Virus record (IMG/VR): IMGVR_UViG_3300023049_000005
Location: 1 to 64,000 of that record
Reading direction: 5' to 3' (one strand)
DNA: 64,000 bases
Both the position numbers and the translations under genes were made by a program. Below are positions 1-9,581 of this stretch, one piece after another (within the stretch, counting starts at the first letter, position 1; every line of letters starts with the position of its first letter). Under the pieces are notes generated by a model, which had not been told where the DNA came from, ran no database searches, and was given only the letters and a program-made list of their open reading frames with translations.

Positions 1-16
1 TCATAATAATAACGCC

Positions 17-136
17 ACATAACAACGTGTCATAAAACATTGCCTTTCGTGGTCTTTTTAAGTTTATACTAAATTTATAATTCTGTTCATTTTATTAAAT
101 TCTGTATTGGCAACGTTTCATACACCAACGTTACCT
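17..136 (+). mobile_element. attC-like recombination site 1 (integron cassette-type)
   Basis: ACATAAC (17-23) ... GTTACCT (130-136) flank an imperfect inverted repeat (GTGTCATAAAACATTGC 27-43 / GCAACGTTTCATACAC 110-125); 120 bp. Confidence 0.7.
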
Positions 137-175
137 GCAAGTGCTTAATTCAGTCCATTAAATAAAGTTGGTGCT

Positions 176-997
176 TCAATCTCTTTTTCTTTTCTTTTTT
201 CTTTTTTCTTCCCACGCTTTTTTTATTCTCGAATCGGCTATATTAAAATATTTATCTTCTAACTCAATCCCAATAAACCTTCTATTTGTATTCACACAAC
301 CAACGCCTGTCGTTCCGCTTCCCATTGTATTATCAAGAACTAACTCGCCTTCATTAGAGTATGTTTTTATTAAATACTCTATCAAGTCTAAAGGTTTTTG
401 TGTTGGGTGCAAACCTCTCTCTCTATTAAATTTCTGCACACTACTTGGGTATCTTAAATCAGGTCTGTTACTACTTACACCTTTATCGCCTATTAAGCCA
501 CCACTTCCGTAAACTTCGGCACTTGTATTATAATTCACTTTTGTTTTCACTCTCGCTTTACCGCTTTCAGCACGTTCTTCCATTATTGGGTTATAACACA
601 CCTTTCCGCCACCATTACTAAACACCACTATACTTTCGTGTTCTTTAAATGGTTGGTATTTAACAGTTCCAAAATTACTACCTGCATTTTTTTTCCAAAT
701 CCATTCGTGCTTAAAAAACTTAACGTGTTCATAGACCAAAGTAGATGTAAAAGGCTGTGAAGCAAACAAGACTATTGCACCATTCTTTTTTAATACCCTA
801 TAATATTCACTAAAAAGAAATGTTAAGTCTATTTGGCTATCCCATTTGCAGTCCGTAGTTCCGTATGGTAAATCGCAAAGAACCATATCTATACTTTTGT
901 CGTGTATTTGCGTGAAGTAATCTTCACAATAACCTTTGTGTAATTCTATATTATTCATAAGTTTTAATTTTATCAAATTAATTTTGCCAACGCTCAA
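176..997 (-). CDS. DNA N4/N6 methyltransferase (beta-class order), cassette-borne; ATG at 958 is a likely start
   Basis: Catalytic DLPYG motif near the N-terminus, HPTQKP, SAM-binding LDNTMGSGTT, FIGIELE. Confidence 0.9.
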   Translation of the reverse strand: MSVGKINLIKLKLMNNIELHKGYCEDYFTQIHDKSIDMVLCDLPYGTTDCKWDSQIDLTFLFSEYYRVLKKNGAIVLFASQPFTSTLVYEHVKFFKHEWIWKKNAGSNFGTVKYQPFKEHESIVVFSNGGGKVCYNPIMEERAESGKARVKTKVNYNTSAEVYGSGGLIGDKGVSSNRPDLRYPSSVQKFNRERGLHPTQKPLDLIEYLIKTYSNEGELVLDNTMGSGTTGVGCVNTNRRFIGIELEDKYFNIADSRIKKAWEEKRKKKRKRD

Positions 998-1058
998 AAA
1001 AGAAAAGAAAAAGGTTCAGTTCTGTTAATTAAGTTTTAGCGTTTAAAGTCGCACCAGT

Positions 1059-1121
1059 AGGTAACACGTAATATAATTAATTGGCAAAAAAGCCAACTAA
1101 CCATATTACCATCCGTTATCT
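1059..1121 (+). mobile_element. attC-like recombination site 2
   Basis: AGGTAAC (1059-1065) ... GTTATCT (1115-1121); inner stems GTAATAT/ATATTAC and TTGGC/GCCAA; 63 bp. Confidence 0.7.
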
Positions 1122-1127
1122 TTAATA

Positions 1128-1277
1128 CTACTTCGGTGCTTCTAAATGAGCCTTATTTATCAAGTAGGTTATGTAACCGCTAATGTTTTCAGTTCCTAAC
1201 GTCAAAACAGAAAGGTTTAACGCTCTTTGTTTTGTTTCTTCGGTCATTGTAACCGTCACTTTTTTAGTCTTTGTCAT
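1128..1277 (-). CDS. 49-aa ribbon-helix-helix-like protein (not in ORF track)
   Basis: Manual translation MTKTKKVTVTMTEETKQRALNLSVLTLGTENISGYITYLINKAHLEAPK; alternating beta strand then two helices; ATG overlaps the upstream TAA. Confidence 0.6.
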   Translation of the reverse strand: MTKTKKVTVTMTEETKQRALNLSVLTLGTENISGYITYLINKAHLEAPK

Positions 1278-1444
1278 TATTTTTTATTTTCCAACCATAT
1301 TAAAAAATTTAATTTCATCTCATCTAAGTTGAATTTCATAGAAAGTAGTTTACTTTCATAGTAAAAATAAAAAGTGTCAACACCCTTGCCACTTATAAGG
1401 TAATCTACAAAATCTAGCTTAGTCATTTTTTCAATATGTATCAT
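1277..1444 (-). CDS. hypothetical protein (cassette 2)
   Basis: ORF track 1277..1474; ATG at 1444 preferred because the TTG lies within the TATCTTTG promoter box (1472-1479). Confidence 0.55.
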   Translation of the reverse strand: MIHIEKMTKLDFVDYLISGKGVDTFYFYYESKLLSMKFNLDEMKLNFLIWLENKK

Positions 1445-1542
1445 TTTATTTGTTTTAAGTTTAACATACGTCAAAGATAGTAAATACTTTGCAAATACAA
1501 AAGGAATGCTAATAAAGTTTAGTTTTTATTTTACCGTACTAA

Positions 1543-1610
1543 AGGTAACACTACCTATAATGCAGTTTTTAAGAAAAATAAAAACCGACATCATAGCCAA
1601 AACGTTATAT
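1543..1610 (+). mobile_element. attC-like recombination site 3
   Basis: AGGTAAC (1543-1549) ... GTTATAT (1604-1610); inner stems CTATAATG/CATCATAG and GTTTTTA/TAAAAAC; 68 bp. Confidence 0.65.
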
Positions 1611-1684
1611 GTAAATCTTTAACAAAATTTACTATAATAAGGGCTAAAAAACATCCATAACGATGTTTAGTTTGGTGTTACTGA

Positions 1685-2278
1685 TTAGGCTGTGTTTCCC
1701 TGTCTGTCTAATATTTTTAAAAGTTCTTCCTTCCTAACGAATTTAGGAAAGTTTTCCGTTTCTTCTCTATTGACTAATTCCCACTCATTTTTATTAGAGG
1801 TCTGATATAGAAATGATTCACCTTCTTCCTCAATTTCTATTGTTCTATTAGTTAACTTATCATAGAAGTTAGAAAACTCACCATTTATTTGGTATAATTT
1901 AACACTATTCCAATCTTGTTGCGTAGAATTAAATGTTTGGATGAAAATATAATCAGGGTCTTGTAGGTCTGTTTTATTATTAGATCTTACTAACAAAAAT
2001 TTAAATGGGTTCAATAAGAAGGTTTCATAATCATCCGTTAATTCGACTACTCCTCTTTTAAGATTTTTTAATCTTAATATTTTTTGAAACTCACTATTAT
2101 TATCAAGATTTTCTAAATCTGTTATATCTATATCACCAATGAAGCTTTCTATATTAAGTAGCTCTGCTTGGACACTATCTAATATACTTTTCTCAACAAC
2201 CGATAACTTTTCTAATAGTTCATCCATTGTGCTAGGTTCTTCGATTTTAAATGATTCAAAGGTTCTAAGGTGCTTCAT
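1685..2278 (-). CDS. hypothetical protein with N-terminal capsid-targeting-like motif
   Basis: 197 aa, starts MKHLRTFESF; TAATATATA 4 nt before ATG. Confidence 0.75.
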   Translation of the reverse strand: MKHLRTFESFKIEEPSTMDELLEKLSVVEKSILDSVQAELLNIESFIGDIDITDLENLDNNSEFQKILRLKNLKRGVVELTDDYETFLLNPFKFLLVRSNNKTDLQDPDYIFIQTFNSTQQDWNSVKLYQINGEFSNFYDKLTNRTIEIEEEGESFLYQTSNKNEWELVNREETENFPKFVRKEELLKILDRQGNTA

Positions 2279-2291
2279 ATACTATATATTA

Positions 2292-2558
2292 TTACTTACT
2301 AATCATTTTTACTTCAATAGTAGAATCGTTATCCCATTCATAAGTATGATCATCAAAGGATATCATTTCTATATGAATATACTTAGTATTACTATCAGAT
2401 TCCAAACAAAAAGAACCATTGAAATCAGTATAAGTTGTGTCTATATTATTATAGACCTTAGCTCCAACGATATCATAGTTATTTTTATCGTGAACATTAC
2501 CCGTTATTATGACGGGGGTTAAAAATTGAATTATTACATTAAGGTATATTAAAATCAT
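2292..2558 (-). CDS. small CarboxypepD_reg-like domain protein
   Basis: ITGNVHD..IVGAKV..TYTDFNGSFCL pattern after a hydrophobic N-terminus. Confidence 0.55.
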   Translation of the reverse strand: MILIYLNVIIQFLTPVIITGNVHDKNNYDIVGAKVYNNIDTTYTDFNGSFCLESDSNTKYIHIEMISFDDHTYEWDNDSTIEVKMISK

Positions 2559-2589
2559 GTCTTATATATTATTTATGAAGTATATATAT

Positions 2590-2598
2590 TAATATATA
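2590..2598 (+). promoter_or_regulatory. putative late promoter box TAATATATA (representative of at least 18 copies)
   Basis: WATATATA exactly 4 nt upstream of 16 start codons in the window. Confidence 0.7.
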
Positions 2599-2602
2599 CT
2601 TC

Positions 2603-3943
2603 ATGAGATACTTAAAAAATTTAGAACTTTTCTTAGAGTCAACTAAGAGTAATACAAACCTGATTACTGATATATGTATTGCTATGTTATTGATCAACCC
2701 TGACTTCCTTAATAGTATATTAGACAAGGGAATGCATACAAGATATAAGTATAATAACTTAGTGTTTATCAATGATCTGAAACAACTTTTAATGAAGGAA
2801 AATAGATTAATTTTAGGTAAAAAGAACGAAGAAACAGGTAGATATGAAGAAGAAGATAATATCGGTAAGATTAATTCTTATTTCAATGATCACTCTAAGG
2901 AGTTCAATATCGAAAAAGATTTCAAAAAGTTAGAGAAAGCAAGAAATATCGCAAGAAACATACAAGATAAATTATTAGTAGAAGATAAACTAAGAGCAGA
3001 AATGGTTCAGAAAGTTTATTGGATCAGTCCTAATAAAGAAAGAGGAATAAAAGAAGATATCGTTATAGAACTAGTGGGCAGTAAACAATATCCTATCGTA
3101 GTTAATAGTAATATAAATAGTTCTAAAACTAAGAGCTTTAATACATTATTAGACGTAATGTTAGATAGTGATGCTGATATACTATTCTCTGATAAGTACA
3201 TCGATCTTTGGGATAAACTTACAGTGAATTGGTTCAATGCAGTTTATAAAAACGCTAAAACAGATTATAAGATAATGATCGATCAATTCATAGATGCTTC
3301 TAGGGCAGATAGTTTAACTTTTTTCGATTACCAAAACATCGAAATATTAGACGAAAAATATAAGATATTGGGTCAATTCTTTGCGCCTTTAAATAAGAAT
3401 TATAAAGAACTACCTAAATTAATGAATGATATTTGGAAAGATAGAAAGAAAAGTATCAACAATTATCAAGAAGTAGAAAAAGAATGGGATGAAACTAAGA
3501 AAGTTTTATTAAATAATAGAATCATTGAAGATATTATCATCGGTAGTATAGAAGAATTAATAGAAGGTGAAATAAAAAAAGATGAAAATAAATTTATCAT
3601 TGCTAATAATAAAATAAAGTCTAGGTTATTAAGACTTATATTAGATATTATCTCTGTTGAAGATATCGATGTATATTATGCAGGTTCTTCAAGTTTTTAT
3701 CACTTACCATCTAAGAAATGGTTCAGGGATAACTATAATAGACTTACAGTGAAGTATGATTATCATCAAGAATTGAGTGATGATAATGATTCTCAATTTG
3801 ATATTAGAATCGAATTAGACGAGAAACCATTAATGGATCTTGAAATAAGAACAGGATTTACTAGTAATGAAATGGGGAACAAACTTAGTAGTAAAATTAA
3901 GATCAACTACACTTCTAATTTCAATCAGAAAGTTAAACAATAA
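2603..3943 (+). CDS. hypothetical protein, probable internal virion protein
   Basis: 446 aa, starts MRYLKNLELFLES; late box upstream. Confidence 0.8.
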   Translation: MRYLKNLELFLESTKSNTNLITDICIAMLLINPDFLNSILDKGMHTRYKYNNLVFINDLKQLLMKENRLILGKKNEETGRYEEEDNIGKINSYFNDHSKEFNIEKDFKKLEKARNIARNIQDKLLVEDKLRAEMVQKVYWISPNKERGIKEDIVIELVGSKQYPIVVNSNINSSKTKSFNTLLDVMLDSDADILFSDKYIDLWDKLTVNWFNAVYKNAKTDYKIMIDQFIDASRADSLTFFDYQNIEILDEKYKILGQFFAPLNKNYKELPKLMNDIWKDRKKSINNYQEVEKEWDETKKVLLNNRIIEDIIIGSIEELIEGEIKKDENKFIIANNKIKSRLLRLILDIISVEDIDVYYAGSSSFYHLPSKKWFRDNYNRLTVKYDYHQELSDDNDSQFDIRIELDEKPLMDLEIRTGFTSNEMGNKLSSKIKINYTSNFNQKVKQ

Positions 3944-3945
3944 AA

Positions 3946-4794
3946 TTATAACTTTTGCTTAAAAGCATGAAGTACATTTAATAAGAGAGAAGCCACCGTC
4001 ATCGGTCCTACTCCATTAGGCACGGGGGTCATAGCAGATACTTTATGTTTCAAATTGTCGTAATCGACATCACCACAAAGTTTACCTTCACTGTTTCTAT
4101 TAATACCAACATCAACAATAACTGACCCTTCCTTAACCATATCTTCGGTGATCATATTTTGTTTACCCACAGCACAAATAATAATATCAGCACTAATAGT
4201 CTTCTCTTTAAGATCTGATGTATTAACATGACAAGAAGTTACTGTTGCTTTGTCTTCATTACCTAACATAATAGATATAGGTAAACCAACGTGTTGTCCT
4301 CTACCAACTACTGTTACGTTCTTTCCTTCCCAATTAATATCATAATGTTCTAGTAATTTAAGAACACCTAATGCTGTCGCAGGTTTAATGCCAGGTAAGT
4401 CTAAACACATTCTTCCCATATTATCACTATGGAAACCATCTACATCCTTTTTTGGGCTGATCGTACTAATAATATTTTTATAACTAATATGATCGGGTAG
4501 TGGTGTTTGTACTATTATACCATCTGTGTATTCGTCTTCGTTAAAGAATTTTATTGCTTTTAATATTTCTTCTTCATTAGAAGATTCCGAATATTTAGAA
4601 AGTGTTGTCTTAACACCCACCTCATTTGAGGATCTGATTTTATTTCGGATATAGATATCAGAAGCTTTATCTTCTCCTACTTGTATGATAGCAAGTTTGG
4701 GTTGCTTCCCAAATTGATCTTTACAATGATCAATCTCTTTTTTTAAATCATCTTTAATAGACTGTGCTGCGTCCTTCCCGTTTAAAACTACCAT
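3946..4794 (-). CDS. folD: bifunctional methylenetetrahydrofolate dehydrogenase/cyclohydrolase
   Basis: GIIVQTPLP, KDVDGFH, VVGRGQHVGLP, IVDVGINR, TPVPNGVGPMT. Confidence 0.97.
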   Translation of the reverse strand: MVVLNGKDAAQSIKDDLKKEIDHCKDQFGKQPKLAIIQVGEDKASDIYIRNKIRSSNEVGVKTTLSKYSESSNEEEILKAIKFFNEDEYTDGIIVQTPLPDHISYKNIISTISPKKDVDGFHSDNMGRMCLDLPGIKPATALGVLKLLEHYDINWEGKNVTVVGRGQHVGLPISIMLGNEDKATVTSCHVNTSDLKEKTISADIIICAVGKQNMITEDMVKEGSVIVDVGINRNSEGKLCGDVDYDNLKHKVSAMTPVPNGVGPMTVASLLLNVLHAFKQKL

Positions 4795-4853
4795 AAAATT
4801 AATGTACTTCTTTTGGTCATTATATCAAAATACGACCATTAGTTTACTAAATA

Positions 4854-5195
4854 TTAATCTAAATCTACTTGATCAATTCGGTAGTCTCTCATAAGTATAA
4901 CGAGATCATTTTTAAGGAGATCGTAAACCGTTCCTTTCTCTCTGTAACCATAGTACGCATCTAATCCATTGATTGACTTCTTGTTATTCTGTACTACCTT
5001 TTTTATCACAGATAAAGGTATGTTTATTTTTTCCCTTTTTAAATATTTCAATAAATAGGAATCCTTTCTGTTTCTTTTAGTAGCGATAACAATAAACTTT
5101 ACTAAATCATCAATAGGATCATCATCTCCCTCAGATACATCACCAATTATTAGTAAGAATTGGCGTTTATCATAATAATCTTTATTACTTTTCAT
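4854..5195 (-). CDS. hypothetical protein with C-terminal RDxxID tag
   Basis: Ends RDYRIDQVDLD; overlaps upstream gene. Confidence 0.7.
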   Translation of the reverse strand: MKSNKDYYDKRQFLLIIGDVSEGDDDPIDDLVKFIVIATKRNRKDSYLLKYLKREKINIPLSVIKKVVQNNKKSINGLDAYYGYREKGTVYDLLKNDLVILMRDYRIDQVDLD

Positions 5196-5523
5196 CTATG
5201 ATATTATTTATATTCCAATCCCTTCTCAGGATTTTAATTTCTTTTTCTAACCCGTCTCTTTTTTTAGAAATTTCTCCAATGCTTTCAAAATCAAAAATAT
5301 TAATATCTTTAAATATTTTTTTTAATTTCGAAAAAGAAACATTTAATTTTATTCTTTTTATTTGTCCCATTAACTCAGTGGGTTTGTACCCAAAACCATA
5401 GATATTAGATAAAAAAGGTTGAGTATTGTCTCTCACATCTATCCCTTCTTGTCTTTTTCTTATTGTGTACGCAATTCTATTATTTCGCTTCTTTACTTGT
5501 TTACTATATCCTTTTCTATTCAT
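5185..5523 (-). CDS. hypothetical protein with C-terminal RDxxIN tag
   Basis: Ends RDWNINNIIDEK. Confidence 0.7.
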   Translation of the reverse strand: MNRKGYSKQVKKRNNRIAYTIRKRQEGIDVRDNTQPFLSNIYGFGYKPTELMGQIKRIKLNVSFSKLKKIFKDINIFDFESIGEISKKRDGLEKEIKILRRDWNINNIIDEK

Positions 5524-5932
5524 TTGAATATATTTTTTGCCTATTTACTATATAATAATAATCCCACTTATTTTCCTCTGTTGTTATGTTATATATATTT
5601 CTTTCTTCTACTACATAAAAGGTAGTCGTATCTGTGATATTATCAAAATCTATTAGTTTATCAAAGATTAATAAATCATCACTGTTTTTAATAGACACGT
5701 ATATTTCATACTTTCCTTTTGTAATACTTAGAACCTCTGCTTCTAAATCTGTTTTAGTAACCGTTGAAACCGAACCAATTAATCCCCAACAAACTAATCC
5801 GATTGCTACTAAGGCTATATAACCCACCAATGTATGATCCTCTGATCCTCTATAATGACCATATAGGGCTATCAAAAGAGATGAAGTGGTTAATATACTA
5901 AAAACTAATATCATTATTTCTCTCGCTTCCAT
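5516..5932 (-). CDS. hypothetical membrane protein
   Basis: Two N-terminal hydrophobic segments; coupled to pncB stop. Confidence 0.7.
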   Translation of the reverse strand: MEAREIMILVFSILTTSSLLIALYGHYRGSEDHTLVGYIALVAIGLVCWGLIGSVSTVTKTDLEAEVLSITKGKYEIYVSIKNSDDLLIFDKLIDFDNITDTTTFYVVEERNIYNITTEENKWDYYYIVNRQKIYSNE

Positions 5933-7140
5933 TATACTTCTAATTTTTCTCTATTAGTAACTGAATAGTTGAACACTTCTTGGTATCTATCAATGTCTTC
6001 TTTTCTGCCCGTGTGTTTATTTAAGTTATCAGAAAGTTTAACTAAGGATCTATCACCGTCTTCTCTAAATACTTTAACTGCTTTCATAACGATAGATAAG
6101 GTTTCATATCCCAAGTTGTTAGTAAGTTTAGTACCCCACCCAAATGATATCTTTATTCTACTAATAAACCTTTCGTATAATCCAATAATTTTATTCACAT
6201 CTAAACCATCAGAGAAAACAATAAGTTTTTCTTTAGGATCGATACCTAGATCTTCATAATACTTGATTACCTTTTCTCCAAATTCAAAAGGATCACCGCT
6301 ATCATGTCGGACTCCTTTCCACGAACTTGCTTTATCTTTAAAGTCTTCAAAAAAGAAATCTGTACCAAACGTATCAGTAAGACCAATACTCAATGGTTCG
6401 TCATACATTTCAAACCATTGGTTCATAATAATACTATGAGATTCTTTAAGACTAATATCATTATTATCATAGTAACCTGCAGCAATCATATAGATCTCAT
6501 GTGCATTTGTTCCAATAGGTGTGATTCCGTATTTCTTAGCAAAATAAACATTAGATGTCCCTGAGAAAGAAGGATCGGTAGAAATGTGTTCTATAACCTT
6601 ATCTTGCCAATCATGTGAGAATCTTCTTCTTGTGCCGAAATCAGTTATTACTTGTGGAATACTGTATTCATCCAATACATAAAGATGATCTCTTAAGTTA
6701 CATAAACCTTCGAGTTCGTCTTCAAGTCTATTTCTTTCAGGATACTTATATCTGTAATATAATTCGTTTACTGTAGAAAGTACAATAGTTTCCCATAACG
6801 TAGCAGCAAACCAATAGGTGTTTTCATCAGTATAAATATCTAAGTCCTCTGTTACATGGATCTCAGGTAGTTGATACCCAATTAGAGATGTTGTATAATC
6901 CATATTGAATATACCTAAGTTATTCAAATAGTCTATTTCATCTATTTGGAATCTAAGTTCTCTAATTTTAGCGAACTCTTCATCAAGTATTTCTTTGGTT
7001 AAATACTGCTTGAGGTCAACATTGGTTCTGTTTTTGAATTGGAATTGCGCTCTCAGTCTTGGGTAATATGTCCAAGCAAACTGCATCATTGTGAGTTTGT
7101 AGAGATCTAAATCTAATAGGCTTCTTACGGTTGTTTTCAT
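5932..7140 (-). CDS. pncB: nicotinate phosphoribosyltransferase
   Basis: DLDLYKLTM, DFGTRRRFS, GTSNV, GTNAHE, RHDSGDP, VFSDGLD, KLSDN. Confidence 0.93.
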   Translation of the reverse strand: MKTTVRSLLDLDLYKLTMMQFAWTYYPRLRAQFQFKNRTNVDLKQYLTKEILDEEFAKIRELRFQIDEIDYLNNLGIFNMDYTTSLIGYQLPEIHVTEDLDIYTDENTYWFAATLWETIVLSTVNELYYRYKYPERNRLEDELEGLCNLRDHLYVLDEYSIPQVITDFGTRRRFSHDWQDKVIEHISTDPSFSGTSNVYFAKKYGITPIGTNAHEIYMIAAGYYDNNDISLKESHSIIMNQWFEMYDEPLSIGLTDTFGTDFFFEDFKDKASSWKGVRHDSGDPFEFGEKVIKYYEDLGIDPKEKLIVFSDGLDVNKIIGLYERFISRIKISFGWGTKLTNNLGYETLSIVMKAVKVFREDGDRSLVKLSDNLNKHTGRKEDIDRYQEVFNYSVTNREKLEV

Positions 7141-7400
7141 AATATTTCGTATCCTAGTTTTGGTGCGTTTTCTTTTAATTTCTTGTAATACATATTTATA
7201 TATTCACCACTATCCCCATTACAAGGATGTGACATACCTGTAATCTTCTCCGCTAGAAAATTAATAAGATCACCTCTCTCCAATGTATCAAAACATTCAA
7301 TAGGATTCTCATCAAGAAATTCTTGTATTTGTTCATCAGTTAAGTTAAAACCGAATAATTTCAACATTTCTTCTTTAATAGATGGAATAAGGTGTATCAT
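7137..7400 (-). CDS. hypothetical protein
   Basis: 87 aa; TATTTTTG box at 7415-7422. Confidence 0.65.
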   Translation of the reverse strand: MIHLIPSIKEEMLKLFGFNLTDEQIQEFLDENPIECFDTLERGDLINFLAEKITGMSHPCNGDSGEYINMYYKKLKENAPKLGYEIL

Positions 7401-7437
7401 GTTTTTATTTTACACAAAAATAAAGATAAATAATCTA

Positions 7438-8166
7438 TTAACCAAATTTAAGTTCATTCATTCGATCTACACACATAGAAGTATAAATTTTATAATCCAT
7501 TCCATATGATCCAATAGCCCACATATCATTAACTTCTATTAACATAGTCTCACCTTTATCATTAACACCTACATCTAATGTATATGCGATTGGAGAACTA
7601 TCATAATCTCTAATCATCTTTTCAACAAGAGAAGCATCAATATACTTTCTGAAATCACCCGCATAATATTGGATTCCTTTAAGTTCCTTTTTATGAACAA
7701 AACACCTATATTCTGAAACTATATTAATAGGATCACTGATATAAAGTTCCATATCATTTGTAAGATCACAGTAATCTCTCATAAACTTCAATGATTCTTC
7801 TTTCTCGATTAATTCACCCGTAAAAAGTTTAACATCATCAGCAGGTTTTATAAAAAATGGATAATCTTTAGTGTTATTATTTAGATTACTTTTTGTAATA
7901 TCTCTCTTTAAATACTTTTTTAGTGTATCAGGATATCCTAAGTACTTAGGTACTTCTATATCTATCTTATTGAAGAAATCGGTTGTAGCCTGTACAGAAG
8001 CTATAATAATATCTGATTCTTTATATACAGGAACAGAAATCATATCCGTAAACGGAACTACTTTAAACCCCCTGTTATATAGCTCGTTATGGCATATATA
8101 CACGAAATCATCAAACCATTCGTCGTTGACAGGATCTTTCTCTAAAAAGGCTCTTTTTTCTTTCAT
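7438..8166 (-). CDS. ATP-grasp domain protein (DUF4343/R2K-like)
   Basis: FIKP..KLFTG, EYRCFV, AYTLDVG, LIEVND..AIGSYG. Confidence 0.8.
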   Translation of the reverse strand: MKEKRAFLEKDPVNDEWFDDFVYICHNELYNRGFKVVPFTDMISVPVYKESDIIIASVQATTDFFNKIDIEVPKYLGYPDTLKKYLKRDITKSNLNNNTKDYPFFIKPADDVKLFTGELIEKEESLKFMRDYCDLTNDMELYISDPINIVSEYRCFVHKKELKGIQYYAGDFRKYIDASLVEKMIRDYDSSPIAYTLDVGVNDKGETMLIEVNDMWAIGSYGMDYKIYTSMCVDRMNELKFG

Positions 8167-8194
8167 TCTACAAATATAATAAAATATATAGTAT

Positions 8195-8884
8195 ATGAAC
8201 TATTTAAAACTATTTGAAAATTGGTATGATAATAGAACAATTAAAGGGAGGAAAGATTATTCTCAAATAAATTTAGATTGGTCTAAGTTCCTAAAAGATG
8301 TTGATTACACATTCGATATTATTAAACAAGTCAATCCTAGATTGGAAACTCAATGGATAGAGCCTTTTGGTAATTACCTGACATTAATAGAAGGCGGTGA
8401 ATTAGATGATTATCATGAGATAGAAACCATCGAAGAATACGAAAACAGTTATATAAAACAACCTATTAAAGATTATATAAAGTTATTTAAGAAAACCAAG
8501 GATCGAGGATATTTGGAGGTAACTAGGATATTGACTGTTGATGATTTAAGTGAAATTGATTTTAGTAAAATAGGTAAGTATTGGTCATTCTGCGATAACC
8601 CAAGTCAAAAATTTGATAATATCTACAAAAAACAATATATCAAATTAATAGCTAAAGCTAGATTAGATAGTATAGATTGGTTAAATAGTTTAGACAATTA
8701 TGTATATTATGGGGATGATGAATGTGAGATAACACTAAGAGAAGGCGCATCTATTTTCATTGAAAAGATGATAAACGATAAAAGAACTCCTAGTGATTAT
8801 AAGACTAAGAAGGATAATAAAACTTTTTATAATTTTACAGGAAATAAGGAAACTATCGATTTAAATAAGAAGGCTAAAATTTAA
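8195..8884 (+). CDS. hypothetical protein with capsid-targeting-like motif
   Basis: Starts MNYLKLFENW; AAATATATA 4 nt before ATG. Confidence 0.75.
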   Translation: MNYLKLFENWYDNRTIKGRKDYSQINLDWSKFLKDVDYTFDIIKQVNPRLETQWIEPFGNYLTLIEGGELDDYHEIETIEEYENSYIKQPIKDYIKLFKKTKDRGYLEVTRILTVDDLSEIDFSKIGKYWSFCDNPSQKFDNIYKKQYIKLIAKARLDSIDWLNSLDNYVYYGDDECEITLREGASIFIEKMINDKRTPSDYKTKKDNKTFYNFTGNKETIDLNKKAKI

Positions 8885-9581
8885 GATCTAATATAACCGA
8901 ATTATCTTGTTCTAATATATCTAAATAATATTCTATTATAAAAGTTTTACTATAGTAATCCATATCTGCTCTAACATAAATCCCCTTTATATCAAAATAA
9001 ACAGCAGGTGTTAATAATACTTGGTTAGGGTCTAATAAATTATTTTCATTAATAGTCAAATTAAAATCAGGTCTTTTCATATAATGATAAATATTCATAT
9101 CTACTTCAAGATAACTATATTTAATATAATTCAATTTCCCGTGTAATTCATTAATATTATTAATAGGTTCGACTTTAATATTCTGTAACATTTGTTGGAA
9201 TTGGGTATATAATTGTCTTTCAAAATCTCTTACAAGATATGGGATGTAGTCAATATTCATATCCATATTTAACTTTACGGTAAACTGATGACTATCTAAT
9301 CTATGTGTATGGATAATAGGAGCTATTACACCTATATAATCCTTATCTCGTGTAGCTATATTAAATACTTCCGCTTTCTTATTAGTATATTCACTCTCGT
9401 TTATATCATCTAATAACATATCTATTTCTATATCCCTTAATTTAGTAGTTCTTTCGGCTTGAGACTGTGTTTCTTCTTTTACTATCTTATGATAATGGAT
9501 AACATCTTTATTTCTAGGATAATCTACGAAATAATATTTCTCTCTTAAATATTTTTCTACTTCTTCTAATTCGTTATTCAT
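8874..9581 (-). CDS. hypothetical protein
   Basis: 235 aa; internal RDIEIDMLL motif. Confidence 0.7.
   Translation of the reverse strand: MNNELEEVEKYLREKYYFVDYPRNKDVIHYHKIVKEETQSQAERTTKLRDIEIDMLLDDINESEYTNKKAEVFNIATRDKDYIGVIAPIIHTHRLDSHQFTVKLNMDMNIDYIPYLVRDFERQLYTQFQQMLQNIKVEPINNINELHGKLNYIKYSYLEVDMNIYHYMKRPDFNLTINENNLLDPNQVLLTPAVYFDIKGIYVRADMDYYSKTFIIEYYLDILEQDNSVILDLKF

Noticed and set aside
17-1610. The hairpins as simple terminators or a CRISPR array
   Set aside because: They are long imperfect stems without consistent U-tracts, non-identical in sequence and separated by whole genes; staggered arm complementarity fits attC sites better
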